A stretch of 64,000 nt of DNA from Thermoleophilaceae bacterium (GCA_016462645.1 JAEMSX010000004.1:18733-82732), one strand, 5' to 3'. Counted from the first letter of the stretch, positions 28,805 through 39,591 are shown. The notes: generated by a model not told the origin, from the sequence alone. A program made the numbers and translations.

Positions 28805-29530
28805 ATGCCTGACTCTGCGGAACCCTCGACGCCCGGCGTCGGCCGCAGCAAGAACGACGATGATCAGAGCAGCAGCGAGTCGCTGATTGAGCTCGTCGTG
28901 ATCGTCGCGGTTGCGGTCGGTCTTGCGCTGTTGATCCAGGCCTTCGTGGTCAAGCCGTATCGGATTCCGAGCCGCTCGATGGTGCCGACGCTCCAGGTCG
29001 GACAGCGTGTGCTCGCCAATCGGGTCGATGGGCGCTTCGGCACCCCCGATCGTGGCGACGTGGTCGTCTTCCGCCCGCCAGCGGGCGCAGCGGACGACAC
29101 CTGTGGCGTGAAGAACGGTGAGGAGTATCTGCCCGGCAAGCGCTACGTCTCGGGAGACGATGGCGCGTTGGCGGAGCGCATGGCGTGCCCGCTCGGCACG
29201 CCCGGCAAGTACGAGGACACGTACATCAAACGGGTGATCGGGCTTCCCGGCGACCGACTGAAGATCGTTCGCGGTCACGCCTACATCAACGGTAAACAGC
29301 TGATCGAGCCGTACATCAACCCGGCTGGAAGCTGCGATGTTCCCGACGCCGTTTCGAGCGACTGCACCTACTCCCTTGACATCACGATCCCGCCGGACAG
29401 CTTCTTCATGATGGGCGACAACCGCGATGCGAGCGATGACAGCAGGTATTGGGGGCCGGTGCCGAAAGAGAACATCATCGGCGAAGCATTTGTCACCTAT
29501 TGGCCGCCCAAGCGCGTCGGACTGCTTTAG
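28805..29530 (+). CDS. lepB: Signal peptidase I (copy 1)
   Basis: SRSMVPTL (catalytic Ser box), YIKRVIGLPGD and GDNRDASDDSRYWG. Confidence 0.87.
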   Translation: MPDSAEPSTPGVGRSKNDDDQSSSESLIELVVIVAVAVGLALLIQAFVVKPYRIPSRSMVPTLQVGQRVLANRVDGRFGTPDRGDVVVFRPPAGAADDTCGVKNGEEYLPGKRYVSGDDGALAERMACPLGTPGKYEDTYIKRVIGLPGDRLKIVRGHAYINGKQLIEPYINPAGSCDVPDAVSSDCTYSLDITIPPDSFFMMGDNRDASDDSRYWGPVPKENIIGEAFVTYWPPKRVGLL

Positions 29531-29538
29531 TTCCCGCG

Positions 29539-30273
29539 ATGCCGACCCCACCTCCAGGCAGCACCGAGAGTGCCCCCGAGAAGAAGCAGCTGAACCCGGT
29601 CGCCGAGACCGCCGTGATCGTCGCTGCTGCGCTCGTCTTCGCATTCCTGATCCAGTGGCTGCTCGTGAAGCCTTACAAGATCCCGAGCCCGTCGATGGTC
29701 CCGACGCTGGAAACCGGGCAGCGCGTGCTTGTGAACCGCATCGAGGGGCGATTCGGCACGCCGTCGCGTGGCGACGTGGTCGTGTTCCATCCCCCGCCGG
29801 GAGCCAACGAGCAGCGCTGCGGAATCCAGAGCGGAGAGAAGTTCGGTCCTCCTCCCGGCCAGACGTACGTCGGAGTGCCCGACCTTGAGGATCTTCCGTC
29901 ACAGACTGACGATGCCTCATACATGGCTTGTCCTGTCGCAACTGCCGGAACCCAGAAGCAGGCGTTCATCAAGCGCGTCGTCGGCATGCCCGGTGATCGC
30001 TTCAAAATCATCAAGGGCCACGCATACGTGAACGGCAAGATGCTCAACGAGCCGTACATCAACAGGCTTCAGAGCTGCGACGACCCGTCGAACTTCACGC
30101 TCTCGTGCACGTACTCGCGCGAGTTCACGATCCCGCCGGGCAAGTACTTCATGATGGGTGACAACCGGAACAACAGTGACGACAGCCGCTTCTGGGGACC
30201 GATCCCGAAGTCCAGCATGGTCGGCGAGGCCTTCGCCACCTACTGGCCGATCAACCGCATCGGCGGGCTCTGA
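29539..30273 (+). CDS. lepB: Signal peptidase I (copy 2, tandem paralog)
   Basis: SPSMVPTL, FIKRVVGMPGD and GDNRNNSDDSRFWG. Internal ATG of the 29449..30273 ORF. Confidence 0.87.
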   Translation: MPTPPPGSTESAPEKKQLNPVAETAVIVAAALVFAFLIQWLLVKPYKIPSPSMVPTLETGQRVLVNRIEGRFGTPSRGDVVVFHPPPGANEQRCGIQSGEKFGPPPGQTYVGVPDLEDLPSQTDDASYMACPVATAGTQKQAFIKRVVGMPGDRFKIIKGHAYVNGKMLNEPYINRLQSCDDPSNFTLSCTYSREFTIPPGKYFMMGDNRNNSDDSRFWGPIPKSSMVGEAFATYWPINRIGGL

Positions 30274-30312
30274 GCCAACCACCGCATCGCCGCCGCCGAT
30301 GCTGCGGTTAGC

Positions 30313-30957
30313 TTGAACGCGATGGAGAGCTTTGAGCTGATCGAGTTCGACCGCGCGCGCGGAACGCGTGTTGCCGGTGCTGACGAAGTCGGTCGCGGTT
30401 GCCTTGCCGGCCCTATCGTCGCCGCTGGCGTCGCCTTCGACTACGACAAACTCAGCGACGCGGACCTCTCCACGCTCACTTCCCTGAAGGACTCCAAAAA
30501 GCTCTCCGCGGAGCGTCGCGAGATGCTCTTCGGTGAAATCACACGGATCGCATCGTCTGTCGCGCTGATCTCGCGCTCTGCGACCTACATCGACCAGATG
30601 GGGTTGCATCGAACCAACCTGCATTGCCTGGGAACCGCGCTCTCGCGCGTCAACACATCCGGCACCGTGCTGCTGAGTGACGGGTACATGCCGTTCGGGC
30701 TCGAAGACCCGTGCGAGGCGGTCGTCAAGGGCGATGCCACCAGCGCCGCCATCGCCGCCGCGTCGATCATCGCCAAGGTCTCGCGCGACCGCTACATGAA
30801 CCAGATCGCCGCCGCGTACCCGGACTACGGATTCGACAAGCACGTCGGATATGCCACACCGGTCCACCGCGACGCGATCATCGAGTTCGGTCCGACGCCG
30901 ATTCACCGGCGCTCGTTCGCATCGACGGCTTACGAGCAGTTCCAGCTCGTCGCGTAG
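30313..30957 (+). CDS. rnhB: Ribonuclease HII
   Basis: AGADEVGRGCLAGP, KDSKKLS and SAAIAAASIIAKV motifs. Confidence 0.9.
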   Translation: MNAMESFELIEFDRARGTRVAGADEVGRGCLAGPIVAAGVAFDYDKLSDADLSTLTSLKDSKKLSAERREMLFGEITRIASSVALISRSATYIDQMGLHRTNLHCLGTALSRVNTSGTVLLSDGYMPFGLEDPCEAVVKGDATSAAIAAASIIAKVSRDRYMNQIAAAYPDYGFDKHVGYATPVHRDAIIEFGPTPIHRRSFASTAYEQFQLVA

Positions 30958-30968
30958 CCGCGCCGGCA

Positions 30969-31454
30969 CTAGAACGCATCCTCCAGGTGCTCGATGGAGA
31001 GCACCTCGCGCTGCCTTGAGAGTGTGACCGCGAAGGCGTCGAAGCGCAGGTCGTTGAATGTGAGGCCGCGATCGTCCTGCTTGCGTCGTAAGTCGTCCAC
31101 GAGCCATCGACGGGCGAGCATGCGGATCTGATTCTGCTTGCGGCGATCGATCGATTCGAATGGCGAGAAAGCGCTCCGCCCGCCCGGGCCGCGCGCCACG
31201 AGCGTCTTGACCTCGGCGATCACGAGTGTGCTGCCGTCCACGGCGATCAGATCCAGTTCGCCCTCGCGCCAGCGCACGTTGTGGTCGATCACGTGCCAGT
31301 TGCGTCTGGTCACGAGCTCCCGAACCGCGAGTTCGCCCGCGAGTCCGACGGCCGGGCGGGAATCGGATGTCGTTGGTGGAGTCACACGGCGATCATGCCG
31401 CGATCGGTGTTCGGTTTCAAGACCGCTTTGGAAATAGTCTGCGCCAGCTTTCAA
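30969..31454 (-). CDS. yraN: YraN-family (UPF0102) endonuclease-like protein; the start is probably internal
   Basis: GELAVRELVTRRNWHVIDHNVRWREGELDLIAVDGSTLVIAEVKT matches the YraN core. Coordinates give the maximal ORF. Confidence 0.75.
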   Translation of the reverse strand: MKAGADYFQSGLETEHRSRHDRRVTPPTTSDSRPAVGLAGELAVRELVTRRNWHVIDHNVRWREGELDLIAVDGSTLVIAEVKTLVARGPGGRSAFSPFESIDRRKQNQIRMLARRWLVDDLRRKQDDRGLTFNDLRFDAFAVTLSRQREVLSIEHLEDAF

Positions 31455-31549
31455 ACAATTGACGCCGCGCGGGAATTCTTTGAAAGGCGTTGCTGAATCT
31501 CACGTTTTGGGTCTTGAAAGCGAACACGCATGTCGGGCAGTCTGCTCGC

Positions 31550-33055
31550 ATGCTTGCCAAGGCGACGACATATGCGATCAGCGGGGTGACCGCCCGGCGC
31601 GTGACCGTCGAGGTCGATATCCGCAGCGGTCTGCCGGCCTTCTCGGTTGTCGGACTGCCCGACACGGCGGTGCGCGAGTCGCGCGAGCGCGTGCGGGCAG
31701 CGCTGTTGAACGAGGGCTTTGAGTTTCCGCAACGGCGGATCACAGTGAACCTAGCCCCGGCCGAGCTGCAGAAGGCAGGGCCTTCCTTCGACCTCGCGAT
31801 CGCGTTCGCGATCCTGGCCGCGAGCGGCCAGCTCGACGCTGAGCTGTTCGGGCGGGCGGCGCTGATCGGAGAGCTGTCCCTGGATGGAGCAGTCCAGCCG
31901 GTGCGCGGAACATTGGCCGTGGCTGAAGCCGCACAGCGCGACGAGATCTCCACGCTCGTCGTGCCGCTGGCCAACGCACGCGAGGCGGCGCTCGTCGAGC
32001 GCGATCCCGTCGCCCCGGTGCGGCGCCTCTCCGATCTGAAGGATGTCGGCAACGGGATGTGGGAGTCGATTCCCGATGGGCCGACGCCAGCGACCGCGGT
32101 TCCCCATGGTCCCGACCTGAAGGACCTTCGCGGCCACGAGTTCAGTCAGCGGGCACTCGAGATCGCCGCGGCCGGCGGCCACCACGTGCTCTTCAAGGGT
32201 CCTCCCGGCTGCGGCAAGACGATGCTGGCGCGCAGATTGCCCTCGATTCTCCCGCCGATGACGCGGCAGGAGGCGATTGAGGTCACGCGGATGCAGAGCA
32301 TCGCCGGGAGCCTCCGCGTTGACGGCCTGGCCGCTCAGCGCCCATTCCGGGCGCCGCATCACACGATCAGCGCTTCGGGCCTGACCGGCGGCGGGCCGTC
32401 GCCGATGCCCGGTGAGGTGACGCTCGCCAGCAACGGTGTGCTGTTTCTGGATGAGCTTGCGGAGTTCTCCACGCGCACGCTCGAGTCCCTGCGCGAGCCA
32501 CTTGAGGCGGGGTCGATCGCGGTGACGCGCGGGCAACGAACGCATGTCTATCCCGCAAGGTTCATGCTGGTTGCCGCGACCAATCCCTGTCCGTGCGGAG
32601 CAGGGGGCAACCACTGTCGCTGCAGCGCCGTTGAGGTCGCGCGCTACGAGCGGCGTCTGTCCGGGCCGTTGCTGGATCGCTTCGACATGCACTGCCGAGT
32701 CGAGCGGCCGACGCCGGCCGAGGTTGAGGCCGGGCCGGTCACGGAGTCCGCGCCGGTACGCGTGCGCGTTGAGCGCGCGCGGCTGCGCCAGGAGAAGCGC
32801 TTTGAAGGTCTGGACATCCACTGCAACGGCCAGCTCGACGGGGCGCAGACTCGACGGTTGCTGAAGCCGCCAGATCCTGTGAAGGAACTGCTCAACGAGG
32901 CCTACCGGCGCAAGTCGCTCTCCCTGCGTGGGTACGACCGCTCGCTGCGCGTCGCGCGGACGATCGCGGATCTCGATGACCGGGACGAGGTTGACGAGGG
33001 CGACATGGCCGAGGCGCTCGCGTTTCGCGCCATCGAAGTCGGGGCGGCAGCATGA
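31550..33055 (+). CDS. comM: YifB/ComM-family Mg-chelatase-like ATPase
   Basis: An N-terminal Lon-like domain followed by AAA+ motifs (GPPGCGKTMLA, VLFLDELAEF) and a C-terminal CPCG zinc-like segment. Confidence 0.87.
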   Translation: MLAKATTYAISGVTARRVTVEVDIRSGLPAFSVVGLPDTAVRESRERVRAALLNEGFEFPQRRITVNLAPAELQKAGPSFDLAIAFAILAASGQLDAELFGRAALIGELSLDGAVQPVRGTLAVAEAAQRDEISTLVVPLANAREAALVERDPVAPVRRLSDLKDVGNGMWESIPDGPTPATAVPHGPDLKDLRGHEFSQRALEIAAAGGHHVLFKGPPGCGKTMLARRLPSILPPMTRQEAIEVTRMQSIAGSLRVDGLAAQRPFRAPHHTISASGLTGGGPSPMPGEVTLASNGVLFLDELAEFSTRTLESLREPLEAGSIAVTRGQRTHVYPARFMLVAATNPCPCGAGGNHCRCSAVEVARYERRLSGPLLDRFDMHCRVERPTPAEVEAGPVTESAPVRVRVERARLRQEKRFEGLDIHCNGQLDGAQTRRLLKPPDPVKELLNEAYRRKSLSLRGYDRSLRVARTIADLDDRDEVDEGDMAEALAFRAIEVGAAA

Positions 33056-34155
33056 ACGCGTGCGCGGCCTGCCTGCACGCTTCGGTTCTGCGCAGCGAAA
33101 GTCTGACATTTGCCGAGCGGCGTCACTCGAGCACGGTCGAAGTGGCGCGACTGCTTCGACTGGAGCCCGAGGAGATGCTTGAAGAGCTGCGACGCGATCA
33201 CCCCGATATCGACGAGTCGCTGGCCGTCACCACCGAGCGTCTGCTTGATGAATGGTGCGAACGCGAGGGTCTGTGGACTGTCTGTCGCCACGAGCCGGAG
33301 TTCCCCGAGCGTCTGCGGCGTTTCGATTCGCTTTCGGATGTCCCGGCGGTGATCTACGGGGTCGGGCGCAAGGAGCTGTTTGACGAGCTCACGGACGACA
33401 ACGGTTTGGCGATCGTTGGCGCTCGGCGCGCTTCTGCCTACGGACGTGAAGTCGCGTACTCGCTCGCAAATGAAGCGGCGGGCGCCGGAATGATCGTCGT
33501 CAGCGGCATGGCGCTCGGCGTGGACGGTGCCGCTCATCGCGGGGCGCTGCAGGGGGGAGGGCGGACGATCGCAGTGCTTGCAGGCGGTCCGGAGCAGGCC
33601 TACCCCCGGTCCCATCGACTGCTTCACGAACAGATCCGCGCGGCCGGTTGCGTGATCTCTGAGAATCCGCCGGGCGCGCAGGCGCAGCGATGGGCGTTCG
33701 TTGCCCGCAATCGGCTGATCGCCGGGCTCGGCGCCATGACCGTCTTCGTGGAGGGCTCCGCGGAGTCCGGCGCGATGCATACGGTCCGCTTCGCTGAAGA
33801 GCTTGGATCCGGCATCGGCGCTGTTCCCGGCCCGATCACCGGCCCGCTGAGCGTCGGCCCCAACAAGCTGCTCGCGGTGGAGGGAGTGACGGTCGTCTGC
33901 GGTTTATCGGACGTTCTTGAGGAACTGGCAATCACTCCGATGGCGCCGCGGCTGCCGGGCTTCGCCGACGATGGGCTCGACGAGCTCCCCGCCGCGATCC
34001 TCGAACTGATCGCAGCCGGAGACCGCACCCCACGAGAGCTCGCGCAGTCGCTTCCGGCCTCTGTGCCCCGTGAGATTTCTCGGGCGCTGGGGCAGCTCGA
34101 ACTGCGCGGGATGATCGAGCGCGAGACGTCCGGCGAGTACGTGCGCAGGCGCTGA
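33052..34155 (+). CDS. dprA: DNA-processing protein DprA
   Basis: [17 protein letters not shown]...[16 protein letters not shown] Rossmann-like core with a C-terminal winged-helix-like tail. Overlaps the comM stop. Confidence 0.87.
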   Translation: MNACAACLHASVLRSESLTFAERRHSSTVEVARLLRLEPEEMLEELRRDHPDIDESLAVTTERLLDEWCEREGLWTVCRHEPEFPERLRRFDSLSDVPAVIYGVGRKELFDELTDDNGLAIVGARRASAYGREVAYSLANEAAGAGMIVVSGMALGVDGAAHRGALQGGGRTIAVLAGGPEQAYPRSHRLLHEQIRAAGCVISENPPGAQAQRWAFVARNRLIAGLGAMTVFVEGSAESGAMHTVRFAEELGSGIGAVPGPITGPLSVGPNKLLAVEGVTVVCGLSDVLEELAITPMAPRLPGFADDGLDELPAAILELIAAGDRTPRELAQSLPASVPREISRALGQLELRGMIERETSGEYVRRR

Positions 34156-34168
34156 TGGCGCACTAGGA

Positions 34169-35857
34169 TTGCCCACCATGACCCCTGAATACGACACCCG
34201 CCAGCACAGCCGCGAACTGCTCGACGGCCCCGACCGCGCCGCAGCTCGCGCCTACCTCAAGGGAATCGGCTTCGATGACGAAGCGCTCACAAAGCCGATC
34301 ATCGGTGTAGCGAACACCTGGACCGAGACGATGCCATGCAACTTCCACCTGCGCGCCGTCTCAGCCGCGATCAAGGAAGGCATCCGTGCCGCGGGCGCGA
34401 CCCCGATGGAGTTCAACACCGTCGCGATCTCCGACGGGATCACGATGGGTCACAAAGGGATGCGCACCTCGCTGGTCAGTCGCGAGATCATCGCCGACAG
34501 CATCGAGCTGGTCAGCCGCGGGCACGCTTTTGACGCCGTCATCGCGATCTCCGGCTGCGACAAGACGATCCCGGGCACAGTCATGGCGCTCGCGCGCCTG
34601 AACCTGCCTTCGGTGATGCTCTACGGCGGCTCGATCCTTCCGGGCAGCCTTCACGATGAGGACATCTCGATCCAGGATGTCTTCGAGGCCGTCGGCGCGC
34701 ACGCCGCGGGCACGATCACCGACGAAGAGCTGACCGAGATCGAGAACAACGCGTCCCCGGGCGCAGGGGCCTGCGGTGGCCAGTTCACGGCCAACACGAT
34801 GGCGATGGCGTTCGAGGTCATGGGAATCTCCCCCGAGGGCAGCGCGATGGTCCCGGCCGTCGCCGGCGCACGCAAGCAGGTCGCCGAGGACGCCGGACGT
34901 CTCGTCGTGGACGTCTTGAAGCGCGGCCTGAAGGCCCGCGACGTCATCACCAAGGAATCGATTCAGAACGCGATCGCGGCCGTCTGCATGAGTGGTGGCT
35001 CGACCAACGCCGTGCTGCACCTGCTTGCGCTCGCCTACGAGGCCGAAATCGATCTGAAGATCGAGGAGTTCGACGTGATCAGCGCCAAGACTCCGCTGAC
35101 CGCAGACCTCAAGCCGGGCGGCAAGTACCTCGCCCGCGACTTCTGGGAGGCCGGCGGTGTACCCGTGGTGGCCAACCGTCTGCTTGAAGCGGGTCTGCTG
35201 AACGAATCCGCGATCCGCGTTGAGGGCGACACCGTTGCCGATTACGCCAGGCGCGCAGTCGAGACCGAGGGGCAGCAGGTCGTCAAACCCCTCTCAGATC
35301 CGCTGAAGGCAACTGGCGGCATCGCGATCCTGAAGGGCAATCTCGCGCCCGAAGGCTGCGTGGTCAAGCTCGCGGGGCACGAGCGTGTCTTCGCCGAGGG
35401 TCCCGCACGCGTCTTCGAAAACGAGAAGGAATGCTTCGCGGCCGTCGAGGCCAGCGAGATCAAGCCTGGCGACATCGTCGTCATCCGCAACGAAGGTCCG
35501 TCGGGCGGACCCGGCATGCGCGAGATGCTCCAGGTCACAGCCGCATTGATCGGCGAAGGACTCGGCGACTCGGTCGCCCTGCTCACCGACGGACGCTTCT
35601 CCGGCGCCACCCACGGCTTCATGGCCGGCCACGTCGCCCCGGAGGCGACCAAGGGTGGTCCGATCGCAGCAGTCCGCGAGGGCGACACGATCGTGATCGA
35701 CGTCGCAAATCGCGAGCTCAACGTGCTGCTCTCGGATGAGGAGATCGCCCAGCGCATCGCCGACTACAAGCTCCCGGAGCCGCTCTACACCCGCGGCGTT
35801 CTCGGAAAGTACGCGCGCACGGTCACCAGCGCCTCGCAGGGCGCGGTCACCAGCTAG
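34169..35857 (+). CDS. ilvD: Dihydroxy-acid dehydratase
   Basis: [34 protein letters not shown] and [13 protein letters not shown] motifs. Confidence 0.93.
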   Translation: MPTMTPEYDTRQHSRELLDGPDRAAARAYLKGIGFDDEALTKPIIGVANTWTETMPCNFHLRAVSAAIKEGIRAAGATPMEFNTVAISDGITMGHKGMRTSLVSREIIADSIELVSRGHAFDAVIAISGCDKTIPGTVMALARLNLPSVMLYGGSILPGSLHDEDISIQDVFEAVGAHAAGTITDEELTEIENNASPGAGACGGQFTANTMAMAFEVMGISPEGSAMVPAVAGARKQVAEDAGRLVVDVLKRGLKARDVITKESIQNAIAAVCMSGGSTNAVLHLLALAYEAEIDLKIEEFDVISAKTPLTADLKPGGKYLARDFWEAGGVPVVANRLLEAGLLNESAIRVEGDTVADYARRAVETEGQQVVKPLSDPLKATGGIAILKGNLAPEGCVVKLAGHERVFAEGPARVFENEKECFAAVEASEIKPGDIVVIRNEGPSGGPGMREMLQVTAALIGEGLGDSVALLTDGRFSGATHGFMAGHVAPEATKGGPIAAVREGDTIVIDVANRELNVLLSDEEIAQRIADYKLPEPLYTRGVLGKYARTVTSASQGAVTS

Positions 35858-35860
35858 CGC

Positions 35861-36781
35861 TCATCTGAGCAGAAAATCAGTCGCGGTCCGGTCGAACCAC
35901 TCAGGGTGTTCGACCATCGCGACGTGGCCGGTGTCGCGCAGGAGGATCTTCTCCGCGTGCGGCATCTGGTCGCCGAACTTGATGACGTCGCGTGAGCTGA
36001 CCACTCCGTCGCGGCGTCCCCAGATGAAGAGCGTCGGCTGCTGGATTTCGCCGAGGCGCGGGCGGAAGTCGTGCGCGAGGATTGCGCGCAGCGCTCCCGC
36101 GAATCCCTCACCGCCGGTTCCGCCGAGCAGTTCGTAGGCGACTTCGCCGGAGATCTTCTCCGGGTGGGCCACGACTCCGCGCAACGCCCGCGCCCGCAGG
36201 CGCGGTCGGCGGACGATTGCGTCGCGATTGGCGGCCACGCGCCCGAAGATCAAAGCCGCGAGGCCCGCGGCCTGCCCGACCGCCGGCGGCACGTGGTTTG
36301 TAGACCAGCCGGCAGGCGAGACCAGCACCAGCCGCTCAACTCGCGCCGGGTGATCGAGCGCCAGCTGCAGCGAAGTCATGCCGCCCATCGAGTTTCCGAT
36401 CACGTACGCGCTCGCCGCCTCAAGGTGATCGAGCAGGCCGGCGACGCAATTGGCGTATCCCGGGATCGAGATCCCGTCGGCGGGCAGCTCTGACGCGCCA
36501 AATCCCGGCAGGTCGATGGCCACGACGTGAAACTTCTCCGCAAGTCCGATGACATTCGCGAGCCAGTTCTGCCAGCACCCGGCGAGGCCGTGAACCAGCA
36601 TCACCGTCGGCTTTGACCGATCCCCGTACTCGAGGTAGTTCACGTCGCGACCGTCGATCATCGCCGTGTGCAGATACTGCGACCAGTCGATCTTCAACCA
36701 CTCGGCGGGATTGATCGGACCGTACGTCGGTAGATCGATCGTCAGCGCCTCGCGCGGATCGATCTCGGAGCCGATGGCCAT
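35861..36781 (-). CDS. Alpha/beta-fold hydrolase
   Basis: HGLAG oxyanion region, nucleophile elbow GNSMGG and a C-terminal GH pair. 306 aa. Confidence 0.77.
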   Translation of the reverse strand: MAIGSEIDPREALTIDLPTYGPINPAEWLKIDWSQYLHTAMIDGRDVNYLEYGDRSKPTVMLVHGLAGCWQNWLANVIGLAEKFHVVAIDLPGFGASELPADGISIPGYANCVAGLLDHLEAASAYVIGNSMGGMTSLQLALDHPARVERLVLVSPAGWSTNHVPPAVGQAAGLAALIFGRVAANRDAIVRRPRLRARALRGVVAHPEKISGEVAYELLGGTGGEGFAGALRAILAHDFRPRLGEIQQPTLFIWGRRDGVVSSRDVIKFGDQMPHAEKILLRDTGHVAMVEHPEWFDRTATDFLLR

Positions 36782-36795
36782 ACGCGAAGAGCGAC

Positions 36796-37512
36796 TCAGG
36801 CCGCGTAGCCCCAGCGCTCAAGCACGGGGATCTCGTGAATCTGGGGCGGCTGAAGGTGGTCCCAGAGGATCCCGTTGTCGCGCGGGTACTCGCCCTCGAC
36901 CTCGATCACGGCGCGAGGAGTGGCGAGCAGGTCAACGGGAATGTCGTGTGCGGTCACGAGCAGGTTCTCGCGCAGGATCTGAATCGGGTGCACCGTTGTG
37001 CAGACCGGAACGTCGTTGTCGACCTTGCCCGTCTCGTAGAGCAGCGCGTACTCGAGGTCTGAGAAGCCGGAACCCTTGCCGATGCGCGCGCCCTTCAGGT
37101 TCACCGCGACAGCACCGGTCAGGACGAGGTCGAGCTTTGGCACCTGCTCCAGGTCCAGGACCTCGCCGTGCTTCAAAGCTCCCTTGATCGTTGCTGACTC
37201 GCGGATCTGGTCCTTCGAAAGTTTCTTCGGATCGAGCAGCCGGAAGGGATGTTCTTCGCGCAATCTGGGTACAGCCATTACGAGGGCCTTTCCAGACTCA
37301 AGCGCAAGGCGGCGCACGTGGGTCTGCGGCGAGTCCGGATTGACCTTGATCACCTCGGCGTCCTGCCAGTAGTGATGACGGGTCAGCCGTTCAGCAGCCA
37401 TCTTCGCGCCAGCGAAGTTCGGGATTCGTCCTTCGGCTCCGGGGAACCGGGACACGCCCTGGTGGTCCATCGAGCGCCAGACATCGTTTCGTACATCTTC
37501 CTTGGAACGCAT
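36796..37512 (-). CDS. 5-formyltetrahydrofolate cyclo-ligase-family protein
   Basis: The pattern LDLVLTGAVAVNLKGARIGKGSGFSDLEYALL resembles the 5-FCL fold (G-x-G-x-G-[FY]-[YF]-D). Family-level call only. Confidence 0.55.
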   Translation of the reverse strand: MRSKEDVRNDVWRSMDHQGVSRFPGAEGRIPNFAGAKMAAERLTRHHYWQDAEVIKVNPDSPQTHVRRLALESGKALVMAVPRLREEHPFRLLDPKKLSKDQIRESATIKGALKHGEVLDLEQVPKLDLVLTGAVAVNLKGARIGKGSGFSDLEYALLYETGKVDNDVPVCTTVHPIQILRENLLVTAHDIPVDLLATPRAVIEVEGEYPRDNGILWDHLQPPQIHEIPVLERWGYAA

Positions 37513-37626
37513 CGGGGGAGAATCTAGTTGCTGATCCGGCGAATTGGTTGCGCACGTAAATTATCTATTGCAACAAATTGCCCGTAAACCCTGAGTTCGC
37601 CGGTCGATTGTCGAAGATATGAAGAG

Positions 37627-38658
37627 ATGAACAGGAATCGTTGGATCATGATCGCGGCCGGTGCCGTGCTTGTCTTGGTGCTGGGTGCGTTCGCATTCAC
37701 GAAGACTCAGGACGACAAGATCGCTCAGGGCGTCTCGATCGGTGGCATCGATGTGTCCGGTCTCACGCGCGCTGAGGCCAACGAGAAGCTCGAGAAAGAG
37801 ATTCAGGAAGTCGTCCAGACTCCGCTGATCGTGACCTACAACGGCAAGCGCCGCACGCTCAAGCCCGAGAAGTCGAAGGTCGGAGTGGATGTCTCCGGCA
37901 TGGTCGACCAGGCCGTTGCGCAAAGCAATCAAGGCTTCTTCATCGCGAATGCGGCCAAGTCCGTCGCGGGCACCGACCGCAACATCGCGATCCCGACTGA
38001 GATCACCTATTCCAAGCCGGCGGTGAAGAGGTTCGTTCGCAGCGTCGGCAAGAGCTTCAACCAGGCGCCCAAAGACGCGACCGTCAAGTACGGCCCGCGC
38101 AGCCTCGGTGAAGTAGACGCGCAGCCCGGACTCTCAGTGCGTCGCGCCGCGCTCGCCGCAGCGATCGTCAAACGCCTCGAGAACCCGACCGAGCCGCGTC
38201 GCGTGCGCGCGCCGATGAAGAAGACGCAGGCGAAGGTCACCAAATCCGAGCTGGCCAAGAAGTACCCGACGATCGTCCTTGTGGACCGCAGTGGGTTCAA
38301 ACTCCGTCTCTACAAGAGGCTGAAGCTCGAGAAGACCTACCCGATCGCGGTCGGACAGGCAGGCCTGGAAACCCCGGCCGGTCTCTACACGATCAACGAT
38401 CGCCAGGAGAATCCGACCTGGAACGTGCCCAACAGCGACTGGGCCGGCGATCTCGCCGGAAAGTCGATCCCGCCCGGGCCCGGCAACCCGCTCGTCGCGC
38501 GCTGGCTCGGCATCTATGACGGCGTCGGGATCCACGGAACCGACGACATCAGCTCACTCGGGTCTGCCGCCTCACACGGCTGCATCCGCATGAACCCGAC
38601 CGACGTGATTGCGCTCTATCCCAAAGCGCCCGTCGGAACGCCCGTCTACATCGGATGA
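37627..38658 (+). CDS. L,D-transpeptidase (YkuD domain) with an N-terminal membrane anchor
   Basis: C-terminal YkuD catalytic block (GIHGTDDISSLGSAASHGCIRM). The N-terminal part looks PG-binding-like. Confidence 0.82.
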   Translation: MNRNRWIMIAAGAVLVLVLGAFAFTKTQDDKIAQGVSIGGIDVSGLTRAEANEKLEKEIQEVVQTPLIVTYNGKRRTLKPEKSKVGVDVSGMVDQAVAQSNQGFFIANAAKSVAGTDRNIAIPTEITYSKPAVKRFVRSVGKSFNQAPKDATVKYGPRSLGEVDAQPGLSVRRAALAAAIVKRLENPTEPRRVRAPMKKTQAKVTKSELAKKYPTIVLVDRSGFKLRLYKRLKLEKTYPIAVGQAGLETPAGLYTINDRQENPTWNVPNSDWAGDLAGKSIPPGPGNPLVARWLGIYDGVGIHGTDDISSLGSAASHGCIRMNPTDVIALYPKAPVGTPVYIG

Positions 38659-39584
38659 CCGCGATCTCAAGTCCTCCAGCCGTCTCGGACGCGTGGGAGT
38701 TTGACCTTGACCGCTTTGATCTTGCCCTCCGCCGCCGCGGCCTCTCAGATGCGACGCGCAAGGCGTATGCGTCCGACCTCACGCAGCTTGCGGTCTGGGC
38801 GAGCGAGCGTGAACTCGACGCCACGCAGCTGGACCTGAAGGACCTGCGCCGCTACGCGCAGGAGATCAGCCGGGAGGGCCTGAAGGCCTCGAGTCTCGCG
38901 CGCAAGCTCGCGAGCATCCGCAGCTTCTACGACACGCTGCTCGAAAGGGGGGAGGTCACGCAGAACGTCGCCGAGCTGATCACCACTCCCAAGCAGGCAC
39001 GCGACCTTCCGCGGGTCCTCAACGCCAGCGAGGTCGTCAGGCTGCTGGACGGGATTCCCACCGCCACTGCCTTGCAGATGCGCGACCGCGCGATGTTCGA
39101 GCTGACCTACGCATGTGGACTCAGGGCCGGTGAGTTGATCCAGCTCACGCTCTCCTCCGTAGATCTTGACGAGGAACAGGTACGCGTGGAAGGAAAAGGT
39201 GGCCGCACTCGCATTGTGCCCGTAGGTGAGCACGCGGCGCGATCACTGAGGCGCTACCTCGACCGTGGTCGACCCCAACTCCTGGGAGCTGGAGACGATC
39301 GGCAGACCACGTGCCTGTTCCTCACCAAATCCGGCCACGGCCTTCAGCCCAGTGACGTTCGTCGCAGATTGGAAATCTGCCTTCGCAGCGCTGGCGTCGC
39401 CGCCGGAATCTCACCGCACAGCCTCCGTCACAGTTTTGCAACGCATCTACTCAACGGTGGTGCAGATTTGCGGTCCGTGCAGGAACTTTTGGGCCACCGT
39501 TCAATATCAGCCACACAGATTTACACTCGGGTAGAGTCTGCTCGACTGCGTGTGCAGTACGGAAAAGCACACCCCCGGGCTTGA
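38655..39584 (+). CDS. xerC: Tyrosine recombinase XerC/XerD family
   Basis: ARDRAMFELTYACGLRAGEL...HSLRHSFATHLL...LLGHRSISATQIYTRV (R-H-R-Y catalytic residues). Confidence 0.85.
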   Translation: MTAISSPPAVSDAWEFDLDRFDLALRRRGLSDATRKAYASDLTQLAVWASERELDATQLDLKDLRRYAQEISREGLKASSLARKLASIRSFYDTLLERGEVTQNVAELITTPKQARDLPRVLNASEVVRLLDGIPTATALQMRDRAMFELTYACGLRAGELIQLTLSSVDLDEEQVRVEGKGGRTRIVPVGEHAARSLRRYLDRGRPQLLGAGDDRQTTCLFLTKSGHGLQPSDVRRRLEICLRSAGVAAGISPHSLRHSFATHLLNGGADLRSVQELLGHRSISATQIYTRVESARLRVQYGKAHPRA

Positions 39585-39591
39585 TCAAACT

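Noticed and set aside
37541-37553. A shared 13-mer, GAATTGGTTGCGC, in two intergenic regions (37541-37553 and 49954-49966), considered as a common regulatory motif.
   Set aside because: By rough estimate, tens of identical 13-mer pairs are expected by chance in 64 kb. In the second copy the motif overlaps the TTG start codon and coding sequence. Two instances are too few to support a motif.
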